Position numbers and translations under genes: made by a program | The notes under the pieces: model-generated | Told to the model about the DNA's origin: nothing | The model's input: only the letters and a program-made list of their open reading frames with translations | The model's database searches: none | Part shown: positions 1-13,744 of the stretch, piece by piece | Layout: each line of letters begins with the position of its first letter | How positions within the stretch are numbered: the stretch's first letter is position 1 | Assembly: GCA_951406725.2 (NCBI GenBank) | Contig: OX597816.1 | Span: 150,660,001-150,724,000 of the forward strand | DNA length: 64,000 nucleotides | Source of the DNA: Octopus vulgaris | Lineage: Eukaryota | Direction of reading: 5' to 3'

Positions 1-1052
1 CTTAATAATTTTCATTAAGTTTACACCACTTGTATAAGGAGGCTGTATCTAGTTGCTAGACCTGTTAGAAATAGCATCCAATTTTTCTTCAAATCACACT
101 ATATTTTTTTTGAAAGGGAAGAACATTGAATAATGTAATCCAAGAGTTTCTGAGTATAAGATGGCATGGGAACTACTAGAACATCTTTGATGATGCTTCT
201 CAGATGAAGGTTGATTAGAAGCTAAAATACTGACAGTTAAATATATGTTGTATGTATTCTGAAAATCTCACCAAAATTTAACTACCCACCAAGGATCTGT
301 TCGACTCACAAGCATATACTATTCAAACACTTAAATTGTTAGTCTCATTCCAAACCAGTCAAATTATCATAGCAAACATTAGTGTTCTTAGTTCGTTATG
401 CTTTTCCCAAATTTCCAAAATATGCATCCTAATCAAAACAATCATCAAATAATGCTAATGTTACACATGAAACATTAACAACTCCATTCATATATTTTCA
501 CAAGACTTGGTACTCTCATGAGTTAATCTAGCAACTAACTTTCTCTCTTACTCTCTCTCAACTTTTTTTCTTTTCTTTTTTTAATAAAGATATGTTAAGT
601 TTTAAATCTTTGAACAAAATGTCTTGCTACTCTAAAGATATGATGACCTTGTTTAAAAATGCTCATCAAATGTTTTGTTGGATAGACTACCTCTTCACTA
701 TAGAAACAATCAAGCAATACTGACCAGAAACATCTGATACAAACAAGATTAATCAAATCCACAATGTAAAGAAAAACTTGATGACAGTCAAACAGTATCA
801 AAATAATCTACAACCAAGTAAAGTGCTACCAAGTCAAGCATCAGACATAAAATTATCTGAATTTAAACTACTCAAACAATTACAATAGACATTACTCGGG
901 CCTACAAATCATGTCTATGTAACTTCATACACAGCATGGAATACATATGCACAACCAGATACAACCAGACACACTCATTATATGTACAACTTTTACTTGA
1001 CACTTCCCATTTTTTCAGTTGTTCACAACTAGCTATCCATCCACCCCACTTC

Positions 1053-1076
1053 ACACACACACACACACACACATAT

Positions 1077-1122
<46 letters not shown>
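1053..1122. repeat. (CA)n microsatellite
   Basis: Direct reading; others at 7036-7083, 9869-9903 (TG), 25691-25796 and 27106-27136. Confidence 0.95.
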
Positions 1123-1128
<6 letters not shown>

Positions 1129-2490
1129 TGCATGACTGGAGTCTTTCTGGACATCACCAAGACCCATAGTTGATATTACCAGTTGAGAGCTGGTAGTAAA
1201 AGGCTAGGAAGATGTGGAGACCAGAAATAAATTAGTGAAGGCTGAAAAAAATTGGAAATACCTCTTTTTTTGTTGTTGGGCTACTTTTCACCTGAAAGCA
1301 TCTCATAACAAGCCTTTTTTGAAGAAACAATTTCCTTGGAAACATATTCATAGAAAAATTCATTTGTAACTAATTTTATATGTAAACATTCTTGTAGGAA
1401 AATTCTATCAATTCATTTGGAAACTTTCTCAAGAAAATTACAAATGCTTTTTATATTTCTTTCTTGTTTCATTTTTTATCTTTATTCTTAAATTCAAATT
1501 CCAGTTTGCAGTTGTTTGCTTTGTACATAAGGAAGTAGTTTATTGCTATTCAAACCAAATTTCCCAAGTCTAAATTTTTTTCACTTGACATGAAGATTAT
1601 TGTTGATTTACTCAATTCAGTATTTATCGAACCAGATGCTGGTGAGACCTCAAACTACATAGCATAAAACATTGAGCTTATTTTTTTTCTATTGGATATT
1701 CCAAAGAGTAGGGTTGCAGTACCCATGACTTTTGCAGGCCTTCCCATAATAGCAGGATTGATGTGAATGATACTCAACCTAAACATCTGTTAGGAAAGTA
1801 TAAAAATGGACAGGAACTCGGGTAGGGTTTGATTTAAATAAAATACTGACAGCTGAATAAATTCTAATAAAAGCTTAAAGTATGGTTTTAAAAAAAGTGT
1901 GAAGTTTTAGGTCTATTACCTTCTACCTCTATTACACCCTCAATAGCCTAAATATTAAATTTTAATCTACTTTTATTACTGCTAGGAAAACCAGACAAGA
2001 ATAAACTTCCAACTTTTTGTGACTTATAAACAAAAGAAGATTCAAGCTCCATTATCATCTGCTGGCATGAGTTGGATGGTTTGACAGAAACTGGCCTGCT
2101 GGGGAGCTGCCCAGGTTCCACTTATTTATTTCTACAGCTGGATGCCCTTCCTAACATCAGCCACTTCACAGAATGTACTGGGTACTTTTTACATGACACC
2201 AGCACGGGCACTTTTATGTGAAACTGTTACAGATGCTTTTTTCCAAAAAGAAAAGAAGTTCATCTTTAAGTGTACTGCTTTATAAGTTTAAAAGTGCACC
2301 CTTTATATTTAGTCTGCAATAGGCTAGCACTCTATCCGGGGGAACAATACTATAGAAATTTCAATAGGTTCCTGCTCAGCAGTCCTAAAATCCTTTTTTT
2401 TTATTTAATTCTTTATATTTTAGAATAGATGAAATCTTAGGTAACATGACTTTACTAATTATTGTATGTTTCTGTTTTGCTTTATTTCAG

Positions 2491-3148
2491 GTCAAATATG
2501 TTACTAGAATCAGACCCTGCTACTTCTCAACTACCAACTATTTTGAAACAGTTTGGTTCTTCTGTCACAATGGTTGAAGATATTGAAAAACAACCACAAC
2601 ACCATGGTAAATGTGAAAATACTACATCCCCATCTACATTGATGTTAAAACAGTTATCTCCATCTCTGGTTACAGCATCATCTCACAATGGTTTTAATCT
2701 CTTGAAAAGCTCTCAAAATTACCATGAATTTGACAAAATTTCCAGAAAAACACCTTCCAAAAAAACTAATACAGTCTCCATTAACAAAGGTGTTAACTTA
2801 CTTGACCCAGTAAGTTTTTCATCAACTACTTCCATAACAACTTCTGGACAGATTTTCAATTTTCCTCAGTCACCAAAAATAGAGTCTGAGAACTCCTATT
2901 TCAATGCTACTGACTGTTTGCGTGATCCATCAAACTTTGAACCATTTCCATCATCTCAGTCGAGTTACACATTTCATGGTATCAACCATTTCAATGTCCC
3001 TGATTTTACTTCAAGTCTCCTTACAATTGGATTGGACAGTTCCATTGGAAGCAAACCAATGAAATCTCCCATCTTGGCTAAATCTTGCACACAAGAACTG
3101 TTAACACCTGCAGATCTGGAATCAGTCTCATTGCCAAATAGTTCTGGA
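2491..3148 (+). CDS. DCP1: DCP1 (mRNA-decapping enzyme 1 cofactor), large internal Ser/Pro/Thr-rich exon
   Basis: Polypyrimidine tract and tttcag acceptor ending at 2490; open frame (ORF 2462..3169); gga|gtaagt donor at 3149. Phase 2 in, phase 0 out. Assigned to DCP1 because it splices in frame to downstream exons that encode the DCP1 C-terminal domain. The upstream EVH1 exons lie outside the window. Confidence 0.8.
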
Positions 3149-4926
3149 GTAAGTGTTATTTACAACTGACTGTTAATAATGTGGTGAGGAAATTCGTTTT
3201 CTGTTCAGCATTTGACAGAATTTTATTCATAAATATTTTTAAATACTTACTTAACCTTGATAAAACATCTGTAAATCTCTTCCTTTTCTTTTCAGTCAAA
3301 TGAAATGCCAAATTCTTCCTCATGACATACAGACTCACCCAAAGTCATGAATTTCATTAATAATAAATAGTTATATTGCTCTTGTTGTTGTTAGGCAGCT
3401 CCACTGTAGCCTAGATGAGCTCTCCTTAAGTAGAATTATGGCAAAGATTAGCTGATTGAACGCTTAACCAGCAACACTAAGTTCATACAATAAACCTTGT
3501 GGTTGGGAGAGAGAGAGCTTCCACTTTTTATTATATTGGTTTCTATACTTTTTTTAAGCCATTAGAACTGATAATTCCATTGTTTTCTCTTCAGATAAGT
3601 TCTGACTTTGTTCTAAGACAGAAGCATTAGTTTTAGTATATGAGATATATGACATCTGATCTGGTAATTCCAGCATATTCTTTTTCTTAGTCTCATGGTG
3701 CTGATATGCAATTTCTAGTTATGGTGAGAGCTAGATGGAGGTAGTTATATGGAAGAAGAGCTAGAAAATAGATCTGGTCTAGTGAAGGTGCTAGAATTAG
3801 CAAACAGATATTCCTTGAATTACATCCAACCATCTTAAAAAAAGAGAAGGGAACGTGAATTGATTATTATAGGCCTAGATTTGGTTGTTAAGAAATAAAA
3901 ACAGATGAGATGGTCACAGCTGGAATACCTTTGATTAGGTAAAGATCAAACGATAACACATGAAAATTGGCCATGGTGATTCTTACTCTGTGCACATATA
4001 CAATGATTTCAATATAATTTGTTTCCAGTTCAAACCATTTTTCCTTCCTCCTCTATTGTGTCCTTTGCAAAAAATTTTCCAAAGTTTACCAAATTTATGC
4101 AGCCTATTAGTTTCCAACCCCTTTTAAAGGTGGCTGCTGTTTCATTGTTCAATATCCAATTCTATAATGTGTACACCTGCATTAACAAGTGTAAATTAAT
4201 GTCTTTTTCTCTATTTCAGTAAAATTTATTGGATCAACAATAATACCAGTTTTTTTCTTTTCTTTTTTTTTAATATTACTCCATTTGTTCCAACTATTTT
4301 GTTCTATTTCTTTTTTTTTTTCTCTTTGTTGATTTTCCTAATTCCATGATTGTGTCTTCCTCCACACTTCATCTATTGATATTTCTTAGCTTTCAGCACC
4401 ATTTTGTCAACAACAGCTTGGTCTGTCCATGATGTTATACCAACATTTTTGTTCTAGTATTTTACAAACTAACACATAGTCATATTCTAATAAGTGGATT
4501 TTCTTTATTTCCCTTGTGCTTGTGTATTGTAGACTTATAAATACCATTATATATCTAAAAGCTCATGAAAAACATGTCACTGGTCAATAGTAACCAGTAT
4601 AACAATAACAACTACAACAACAATAATAATAATAGTTTTTATTTTCCACAAAAACAAAAAATAAGAGACAATAATATATAAACAGGCTGCAAAAACAGTG
4701 AAGGTTTTACAACAAAGGAAAAACAAAAAGAACACGTATTGAAAAGAAACAAAGGAAATATATAAATGTAAAAATATGTCATATATATGCTTGGAAATTA
4801 CAAAAGAGAATTGTGATTGGAAGCATTAACCATAGCGGGCTTGCTACTTTCATTCAATTTTACTGAGGGGCAGTACTTCACCCTTCGCTCTCACCTTCCT
4901 CTTCACATGGTCTTGTACATCTACAC

Positions 4927-5158
4927 CAATGGTTTTCAACCAAGGTCCATATAAGGTTTTGTTGTTAGAATTTATGTGTAATAAACTGGTTATACTCCAA
5001 CAATACACAGAATATTTTAACTATTTTTTTATACAATTCCTAATATTTAATTATAAAAAATAATAGGATTTTTTTAAACATCAAATGGACATGAGGGTCT
5101 GCCTGAGGAAAATAGAAATCAAAGGGGTCCATAGGTAAAAAATGGTTAGGAACCACTA
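4927..5158. mobile_element. hAT (Charlie/MER5-like) MITE in a DCP1 intron
   Basis: Imperfect TIRs caatggttttcaacc / ggttaggaaccacta; exact 8-bp TSD atctacac at 4919-4926 and 5159-5166. Confidence 0.8.
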
Positions 5159-5214
5159 ATCTACACAAGTCCAGTTAATGACACTTCCATGTCTGTAAAG
5201 TTTATAATTATAAT

Positions 5215-5655
5215 GGTTTCTGATTTTGACACAAGGCTAGTAATTTTGATGGGAGGGGTTAATCGATACCATTAGCCCCAATAATTGACTGATGCTTTGT
5301 TTTTTTTGTTGAACCCCAAAAGGATGAAAGACAAAGTTGACCTTGGTAGGATCTGAACTTAGAATGTAAAGGCTCAAAGCAAATACTTCAATGCATTTCT
5401 TTTGATGCTCTAACAATTATGCCAGCTTGTAACCTTCATAATTGCTTCTAATTTAGTTCAAGGCCACTGATTTTCAAGGAAGGAGTAAGTTAATACAATT
5501 GATTCTGGTACTTGACTGGTACTATATTTTATCAACCCTGAAAGGATAAAAGGCAAAGTTGACTTCTGTGGGATTTGAACTCAGAACGTAAAGAGCCATA
5601 GCTAAATACTGCAAAGCATTTTGTCCACTGCTCTAATGATCCTGTTAGTTTACCA
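5215..5655 (-). mobile_element. Two tandem tRNA-derived SINEs with a Nin/Deu-like central domain
   Basis: Each carries the reverse complement of gttctgagttcaaat...gtcaactttgcctttcatcct...gataaaata.gtaccag; the same family recurs at ~21150, 39800-41790 and 50330-51500. Confidence 0.7.
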
Positions 5656-6078
5656 CATATATATTTGAAGGAACAAATACATTCCCTAAAATCTTTCTGT
5701 ATTAGGTTAAGATACACAATGAATAATACTTTATTTATGTTGATAATTTCACTGTTGATGATACATTAAATTATTTTATTATTTATGTGATAATAACAAT
5801 CCAACCTATAAGTATTATTTATGGTGCACTAAGTACTGGTTTGTACTAAGATATGATATATTTCAGCCATGAGAAACTAAACTAAAAAACATGTATCATA
5901 CCCAAGTTACTTGTTATATTTTAGGGTGAAATTTGTCTGTAGGCCTGAGCTATTCATCAACAAACAATCTTTTACATGTAAATAGCTTTTGCCTTAGACC
6001 TAATAAAATCATCATTAGATAAGCAACCAAATAATGACACTTTTTTTCAATGTTCTTGCTGTTTTTTTGTTTTTTTAG

Positions 6079-6193
6079 TCCATCTCTTCCACTCTTCCTC
6101 AACATACCAATAATAACCTTCTCTCACCAATGGCTTTTGTCTCACAACATACTAAAGCAAAATCAGTTTCAAGTTCATCCAGTAATTCTCCAG
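6079..6193 (+). CDS. DCP1: DCP1 internal exon (SISSTLPQHTNNNLLSPMAFVSQHTKAKSVSSSSSNSP)
   Basis: ttttttag acceptor and cag|gtaaat donor; 115 nt, phase 0 to phase 1, exactly bridging the flanking exons. LLSPMAF resembles the LLxPxxF motif found ahead of the metazoan DCP1 trimerisation domain. This reading frame is absent from the ORF track. Confidence 0.8.
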
Positions 6194-7033
6194 GTAAATT
6201 TTCTCATCCTTTCCCTTACCTTTGTATGTCTGCTTCTTCTTTCTGCAGCCCACTAGCCTTTGCTTATTATTTCTGGTCTCTGTAGCATCAAGGAGATGAG
6301 AAGGAAAATATCCCTCTTTGAAAGATGGTGAATTCATTACAGATAACTTTACTTGCAAGAGCAATTGAATGCAGCACTGCAAACTAATAAGTCACCTGTC
6401 ATTGCTGTTGCTTACAACAGCAAGCTATACCACCCTACAGTATCTACTTAGACGTAGATAAACTTGACTGTTTTGGTCACAGACACAATGCAGTACTACT
6501 ACAACAATTGCCATTCTCTTAGTCGGGTGCCTGATATTCTTTCAACTATTGTCTACACTCCCCCACCTACTTCAGTTCCAACAGTTGTTTTAATATGACA
6601 TACAAGTTAGCATATACACCACATGGCAAAGAAACAGATGATCCACTGACATCAAATCTCTGCATTGTGTATAATCTTCATGGTGTTTAGCTTTTTCTGA
6701 TCTAGGTCTACTAAGTATAAGATATTGATTTTGGTTGTCATCTGTCTACCTGTCAAGAACTCACACATGTGTTGGCTGAAACAAAATAGCAGCCAAATAG
6801 ATATGGTACTGGTACACCAGTTCTAAGATATTCATTTCAAGCCCACAAGAATTTTTTGTTGTGCATTTAGGCTGCTACATGCCTCACTTCACCTTGCTTT
6901 TAAGAAGTAGTACCAACTAGATTATCAAGGAATGCTAGCTGACACTAATCAGTGTGTTGATTTCTTTCATCTTTCACACACATATACATATATTCGAAGC
7001 TCTTCTCTAATCCTAGGAAGTCACACATTAATC

Positions 7034-7086
<53 letters not shown>

Positions 7087-7296
7087 TAATACAACATACA
7101 TTTATATACACCCCACATACATCAATGTAGCTTGATAAACTTCAAAACAGTCCTTCTTAGTAAATTTTTCTATTCTATCTCAACACAGACACACACATTT
7201 TTCTAATCTAATATACACCTGTATTGTATTCTTCTAAATACATCTTCACTATTTACTAATTATTTTACTCTCTACTCTGATATTTTCTTTCATTAG

Positions 7297-7391
7297 TGTT
7301 TACCAAGACTGTCAGTGATCATCACTGTTTAACTGAAATGCCATCTTTCTCTAGAGAACAACTCCAAGAGACAATGATAAATTTATTAAAG
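7297..7391 (+). CDS. DCP1: DCP1 penultimate exon (VFTKTVSDHHCLTEMPSFSREQLQETMINLLK)
   Basis: ttttctttcattag acceptor and aag|gtatgg donor; 95 nt, phase 1 to phase 0. QLQETMINLLK matches the first helix of the DCP1 trimerisation domain (cf. QLQDTLIHLIK in vertebrate DCP1A). Confidence 0.88.
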
Positions 7392-7499
7392 GTATGGAGG
7401 TACTTACTATGCTGCTTATATGCATCAACTTTTCTTTATGATATTGTTTATTTCCTAAAGAGCAACAATACGATTACTCTTTACTCTTTTTACTCTTTT

Positions 7500-7895
7500 T
7501 ATTTGTTTCAGTCATTTGACTGCGGCCATGCTAGAGCACCGCCTTTTAATCGAGCAACTCAACCCCAGGACTTATTCTTTTGTAAGCCCAGTACTTATTC
7601 TATCGGTCTCTTTTGCCGAACTGCTAAGTAACGGGGCCATAAGCACACCAGCATCAGTTGTCAAGCAATGCTAGGGGGACAAACACAGACACACAAACAT
7701 ACACACGCATATATATATATACATATATACGACGGGCTTCTTTCAGTTTCCATCTACCAAATCCACTCACAAGGCTTTGGTTGGCCCGAGGCTATAGTAG
7801 AAGACACTTGCCCAAGATGCCACGCAGTGGGACTGAACCCGGAACCATGTGGTTGGTAAACAAGCTACTTACCACACAGCCACTCCTGTGCCTAT
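7500..7895 (-). mobile_element. Full-length tRNA-derived SINE (octopus OR-like)
   Basis: Head ggcacaggagtggctgtgtggtaagtagc...ggttccgggttcagtccc (A/B boxes), then caccttgggcaagtgtcttctactatagc core and a gactgaaacaa tail with (AAAAGAGT)n. Near-identical copy at 22545-22935. Confidence 0.8.
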
Positions 7896-8886
7896 AAATG
7901 AAGATTGAAGGAGATCTTTTACACATTTCCTAAAATTCAATAACTTATCTTTTCTTATGGCTGAGTCAAAGATAAAAGGACAATGGCTGCAACCTCTGCT
8001 GGGTCTCCAAGACTAGTGGGGAAAAGGGAATAGAACCAATGACTTGTCAGATGTGGTTCATGTTGGGCTTCTGCACAGTTTCCACAAATTTCTCTCTCAA
8101 AGCTTGGAGTTGAACCTAGAACCACATGAGTGTGATGTGAACTTCTTGATTACATAACCTTGCCTGTGAAAATGTAAAAAACAATTATGCAATATACACT
8201 TGTTAAGAGAACATGACATTTTCATTCCTTCCGCCTATCAATATTGATTTTTTTTTTTATATGTAGATACAAAGCCAATTGTATTGTACTTATTGGCAAG
8301 GCACATTACATTAATTCCTTCAGTGCTTGTTGCTATTTTTGTATTTTTACCATTTTAGATGAAATTTTCTATGCTAACATGGAATTTTTGACATTTACAT
8401 ATTGTTGGAGCAATTGCTTTTATAGCTGGTTGCTTTCTATCACTAGCCACTCAACTGTGGAGTAAGAGTGGAACATGTTAATCAGGTATGCTGAAATGCC
8501 CAGAGCAATGCATCTTACTTAATGGCACAACATGTAAGCTAGTAGTCATTGAAAACAATACTACAACATGGCAACATTTGGCTGACTGGATGAAATTAGT
8601 CAAAAATATTTTGTACTTTAACCTCACAGATATTGTACTTTTCATTTGCTTAAAAGAAAATAGTCATCATTCTCTACTTCATGATAGAAAGCCATGCCTG
8701 TATTTAAAGAAAAATATATTTAGTTTTTATATGTAGATTTCAGAATCAATTCTAATCTTTCTGGAATGGGAAAAAGGAAAATAATATTAAATTTTTAAAG
8801 GAAATAAAATATGAATTAGTTTAGTTTTGTTTTTTGTTTTTTGAATTGCAAATTAATTATTCTTTTCTTTTCTTTTCTTTTCATAG

Positions 8887-8967
8887 AATGACTCTGGCTT
8901 TCTAAACAAAATTCACCAAGCCTATCTTCTAAGTCTGAAAGCTGAATTATCAAACCCACGAACATGA
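8887..8967 (+). CDS. DCP1: DCP1 terminal coding exon (NDSGFLNKIHQAYLLSLKAELSNPRT*)
   Basis: Long (TTTTC)n tract and catag acceptor. NDSGFLNKIHQAYL matches the DCP1 C-terminal motif NDxxFLxxIHxxYL. TGA at 8965-8967. Confidence 0.9.
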   Translation, partial: NDSGFLNKIHQAYLLSLKAELSNPRT

Positions 8968-8983
8968 GATCCTTGTGCAATTC

Positions 8984-8989
8984 AATAAA
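8984..8989 (+). terminator. Candidate polyadenylation signal of DCP1
   Basis: AATAAA starting 17 nt after the stop codon; a second AATAAA at 9155-9160. Usage cannot be shown from sequence alone. Confidence 0.35.
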
Positions 8990-9867
8990 AGTCTTTGAAG
9001 TTGCTAATTTCCTTACCAGTTAAAAACATTGCTAAAGTGACCAAAAGATTTTTGGTGCTTCACCTTCCCTCTCCTTCTTAACCACTTTGAAGTAAAGTAC
9101 AAACAGATTCCTGAAGACTTATTGAAAATACCTTGATTTATCAATGTGACTATGAATAAAAATAGGGACATCTGAGATAATTTCCTTTTAATAGTGATAA
9201 TGCTGATAATCTTTATGATAAACTTCTTTTGGTAATGACAATATAAAAGAAGAATTTTTGTTGCTATAAGAAACCTCATAGTAATAATATTCTGTTAATA
9301 TAGCTAATTATCTTTTGATAGTTACAAAGTTGCAGTGATATTTTTTCAGAGATAATCTTACATTGATTATCACCTGGTTATTACAATGATAATAGTGATA
9401 TTCTGTTCATAATAGAAATAATCTCATAGCAATACTCTTTCAGCTAGTAGTGATATGTTTTTATATAATATTCTCTCATTAGAGATAATTTTATATCTAT
9501 AATCTTCTATAGAGAGTTCATATCTAACAGTGAACAGTTACGATAGAAGTTCTTTCCAGCTTATTTACTATCACACAACCGCAACCAGGATACCTATCAA
9601 ACACCTTATTCTGAATCTATATACTAGAATCAAAACATAGCTGAAAGTTCCCTTTATAGTCACTTAATTGAAAGAGGAACAATGGTCGTTAGCCTTATTT
9701 CCAGTTGTTTTATTTATTCATTTATTGCATTAGCTATGTTTATTTATGAGATGATGTAAAGGGTGGTGGAGTGATAATATCCTACAGATGTATAATTTAT
9801 TGACTATTATCTCTCACTATATTTCTGTTGTGATAAACTAATTGATCCAAGGGACTCATAACACCCC

Positions 9868-9906
<39 letters not shown>

Positions 9907-10138
9907 TGTACTTTTTTATTAATCTTTTTCTTACATAGATATAAAACTACTTGTTTCACACTATTTTACTGCTTTTACTATTAAACTTTCTGTGATTGCA
10001 GAAATTTTAGCAGCATTGTTGATGTCAGCATCACTATTCACCCAGGGCCAATACAATAAAGTACCAATATAAAACTGGGTTCAATATAACAGCTGTGTCA
10101 TCTCCCCACAAAATATGTGGACTTGTGCCTATGTCAGT

Positions 10139-10428
10139 AGTCATCATCGCCAGCCTTGTCTGGCACCTGTGTCGGTGGCACATAAAAACACCATCCGAGC
10201 GTGGCCGTTCGCCAGCCTCGTCTGGCACCTGTGTCGGTGGCACATAAAATCACCCACTACACTCTCGGAGTGGTTGGCGTTAGGAAGGGCATCCAGCTGT
10301 AGAAACACTGCCAGATCTGACTGGCCTGGTGCAGCCTTCGGGCTCCCCAGACCCCGGTTGAACCGTCCAACCCATGCTAGCATGGAAAGCGGACGTTAAA
10401 TGATGATGATGATGATGATGATGATGAT
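10139..10428 (+). mobile_element. 5'-truncated RTE 3' end with (GAT)n tail
   Basis: ggagtggttggcgttaggaagggcatccagctgtagaaac...gcatggaaagcggacgttaaa(tga)n. The same sequence is contiguous with RT coding sequence at 13745-15215. Other copies at ~2050-2240, 33370-33720, 33870-34150 and 59990-60340. Confidence 0.7.
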
Positions 10429-10514
10429 TAAAAAAAACATTCAGGGTACCAAACAAAAACAGCACAATTGAATGTAATATGATTGCATTTTTTTTCCTAC
10501 AATCTATCGTCATG

Positions 10515-12790
10515 ACTATGACTGTTCATGGCTTAGTCATGACTAAGCTTTCTCCATACTGGTCAGTTTTTCACTTGAATTTGCTATTTATTATGATCAA
10601 TTCCTTTCTACTCCATATTTCTTTTTGCAGTATCTTTGGATCTCAGTCTAGGTTTTCCATGGTTTCCTTTCTCCTTCTCCTTGCATAGTTTGGAGTAAAG
10701 GAGTTGTCTACTATTGTCCATCCTGTATAGATGTCCCAACCAATGTAAATTTCTATCAATGAGGATTCCATCATGGGAGGCAAACTTGCATGCTGGAAGA
10801 TCTCTTCATTCTTGACCTTGTCAGGGTGATATTCACAATTTGTCATAGCTGTATCATCGTACATGCATGTAACTTGTCTACTTGAGCTTTAAAGACTGTC
10901 CAGATTTCAAATCCATACAGTAGGGAAGAAAGCACTATAACTGAGTTGGTGAACTTTCAAGGACATCCGTGTATCTTAAGAACTATTCAAAATCTATCAT
11001 GGGATACTGTGCCAAAAGCTTTTGTGAAGTCAATGAACACTGTATATATAGGCATATTCTGTTCAATGCATTATTTTCTGAATTTGGCAAAGACAGAAGA
11101 TCATGTCCACAATGCTTCTGTCACCATGGAAGCTACACTATGTCTCGGGTAAGACATTTAGATAGACATGCCTATTTAGTCTGTTTATTAGAATACAAGC
11201 CATGATCTTCCTAGCTATTGATAGAAAAGATATTCCTTGGTAGTTTCCACAGCCCACTCTACAGCCTTTTTTGAAGACAGTAACAATGCCTGCATCTTTC
11301 TAGTCTTGTGGAACTGTTTCCATCTCCTAGATCTGAAGAACACTGCTATACAGGCTTTCAATAAGTTTCACACTTCCATGCTTCTAGGTTTCAATGACAT
11401 GCCACATCTGCTGGGTGCTTTACCTTCTTTCATTTGTTCAATTACATCATTAAATTCCTTGTAAACAGATTCATCATCTAAGAATTGGATGGTGGCTTTT
11501 GTGTAACTTTCCTGAAGGCAGTACAGTCCACAACACCTGAAATATTAAGCAGACTATCAAAGTGATTGGCAAATCTATCAAGAGTCTCTGATTTTTCCTG
11601 GAGTACTGTTTTGCCATAAAAAATTATGAGTTTTGTTGTACCGCTCCTCTCTGTAGCCTGTATACCTTTTGAAGGCTTTCATGTCATTTTTACCAGCATG
11701 ATGCTGTAGCTCTTCAGCTTTGGCCTCCCACCGATCTGATTTCAGTTTCCTAGTATATTGTTGCAGCATCCTTCTTGCTTCCGCCAGGTTTCTCTGTTTG
11801 ATCTTGTGTTATAATTCCTCTGCCTTGCCTTTGCAATGTTCTTTTTCCTCTAGCAGGAGCTGTAGTTATATGCCATTCTTGTTGAATCAATCTTTGCTTC
11901 CTGAAGACAAAAGCAACCTTTGATTCAATCATGTAGTAATCAGTAGAGCAGTCTGCACCTCCAAGACATCATTCTGATATCTTCGCTGGTTGATTATCTA
12001 GTCTAGCAAGTCCCAATGCTTGGAGCAAGGGTGCATCCAAATAGTCTTTTGATGGTCTTTGTGTTTGGAGACAGTGTTTGTAATTACTAAGTTGAACTCA
12101 GAGCAGAGGGTTAAAAGAAGCTCAACATTTAAATTGCACTTTCCTCCTTCACGTTTAACTATCACACCAGGCCATCAGTCTGCATCTCTCCCTACTCTTG
12201 CATTGAGATCTCCTGCAATTATCAGCTTGTCTCTGTATGGAACTTTGCACAGTACCTTTCACAGCTTAGTATAGAATTCTTTCATTTCCAGAGGGTTAAT
12301 CATTGTGAGTACATAGACACTGACAATTGTGGCATAGACCTTTTTGTGGAGTGGCAGTCTTATTGTTGTGCTCCTTTCATTAACTGTTGTTGGGTCTTTC
12401 TCAAGTTGTAGAGAGATGGAGATCCTCATTGCAAGACCAACACCAGCTGCCCTCCATTCTTCCTTCATCCTACTCCAGAAGCATGTATAAGTGATCTACC
12501 ATGCTGTTATATCCTGATAATCATGTTTTACACAAAGCCACAATGTCAGTGTTGTATCTACCTAATTATTTTGCTATTAGAGCAGTCTGATGTGCAAGTT
12601 CTTTAGATCTTGTTTTATCTAGCATTCTATTTGGTGATATTAACTTTTTCCTGCATCCTATGTTACTCTACACTGGCTGCTGAAGCAGGACCTTGTTTAC
12701 TTGGGAAATGTCTGAGCCAGTATGGGAATCTTTTGCCTTTGTCAGTTTACCACAGAACTGCTTTGAAAATCATGAAGTGAAACTTGTTTT
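10515..12790 (-). mobile_element. Degraded RTE/BovB-like LINE (APE endonuclease and internally deleted RT)
   Basis: GVGLAMRISI...NERSTTIRLPL...ATIVSVYV.TM (APE domain, ORF 12259-12468); W..KAEELQ..A.KNDMKAF linker; VFIDFTKAF.TVS RT motif near 11040-11000. Many stops and frameshifts; boundaries approximate. Confidence 0.8.
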
Positions 12791-12889
12791 TGCAATTAGT
12801 TAGTATCACTGTCTTTGTACAACACTAATATTGTCCAGTGGGCAAGGACAGGCCAAGACATGTTGGCTTCTGTCTCATATTGCAGTTGC

Positions 12890-13215
12890 TGTGAAGGCAT
12901 TTGGCTTAGTGATTAGGATATTCAGCTCACAATCATAAGGGCATATGTTTGATTCCTGGCAGCATGTTGTGTCTTTGGGTAAGACACTTTATTTCATATT
13001 TCTCCAGTCCACTCAACTGACAAAAATGAGTTTTACCTGTATTTCAAAGAGCCTGCCTTGTCACATTCTGTGTCATGCTGAATCTTCCTAAGAACTATAT
13101 TAAGGGTATGCATGTCTGTGGAGTTCTCAGCCACTTGCATGTTAATTTCAAGAGTTGGTTGTTCTGTTGTTCAAATCAAATGGAACACTCCTCATTGTAA
13201 CCAATGGAGTGTCAG
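12890..13215 (+). mobile_element. tRNA-derived CORE-like SINE
   Basis: Head gtgaaggc..ttggcttagtgattagg (A box) and tgtctttgggtaagacactttatttc core; homologous inverted copy at ~32975-33275. Confidence 0.65.
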
Positions 13216-13278
13216 TTTTGTGTTGTGATTGCTTATAAAATTATATAAATATATAATCTATTTATAAAGATACATATA

Positions 13279-13281
<3 letters not shown>

Positions 13282-13347
<66 letters not shown>
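13282..13347. repeat. (TA)n microsatellite
   Basis: Direct reading. Confidence 0.95.
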
Positions 13348-13349
<2 letters not shown>

Positions 13350-13744
13350 ATCTATTTGTGTGTGCATGTAATATAGATATATAATATAAATAATGCACAG
13401 ACACATATTATAAAGTAGATTAATAAATGTCATCACTAACAAAAAGAATGAAAAATGTCATGTCGGGAAGGCCTGGCTGTTTGCTTATGGAGTTCCACAC
13501 AGCTATGCCTGTATATATGTGCATGTGTATGTATATATTGCATATATTGTATGTGTGTCTGTATATATTTGTATGTAGGAATATGTGTGTGTCATTAGGT
13601 GTATGCACTTATATATAATACCAACTTGTAGCATTATATATAATGCCAACTTGTATGCACTTATATATAATGCCAGTAGTCCAACTTGTGCCAGCATGGA
13701 ATAAGGCCATTAAATTATGAAGATGATATATGTATGTATGCATT

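Noticed and set aside
595-801. 68-aa minus-strand ORF
   Set aside because: No recognisable domain or splice support; possibly an old LINE remnant, but too weak to call.
7392-7631. Extension of ORF 7296..7631 beyond the DCP1 exon
   Set aside because: Reads through the donor at 7392 into intron and SINE sequence; homology continues in the exon at 8887.
7820-7895. tRNA-like sequence with A/B boxes (also at 22545, 12890 and 58128)
   Set aside because: SINE heads continuing into SINE bodies; no complete cloverleaf, so not tRNA genes.
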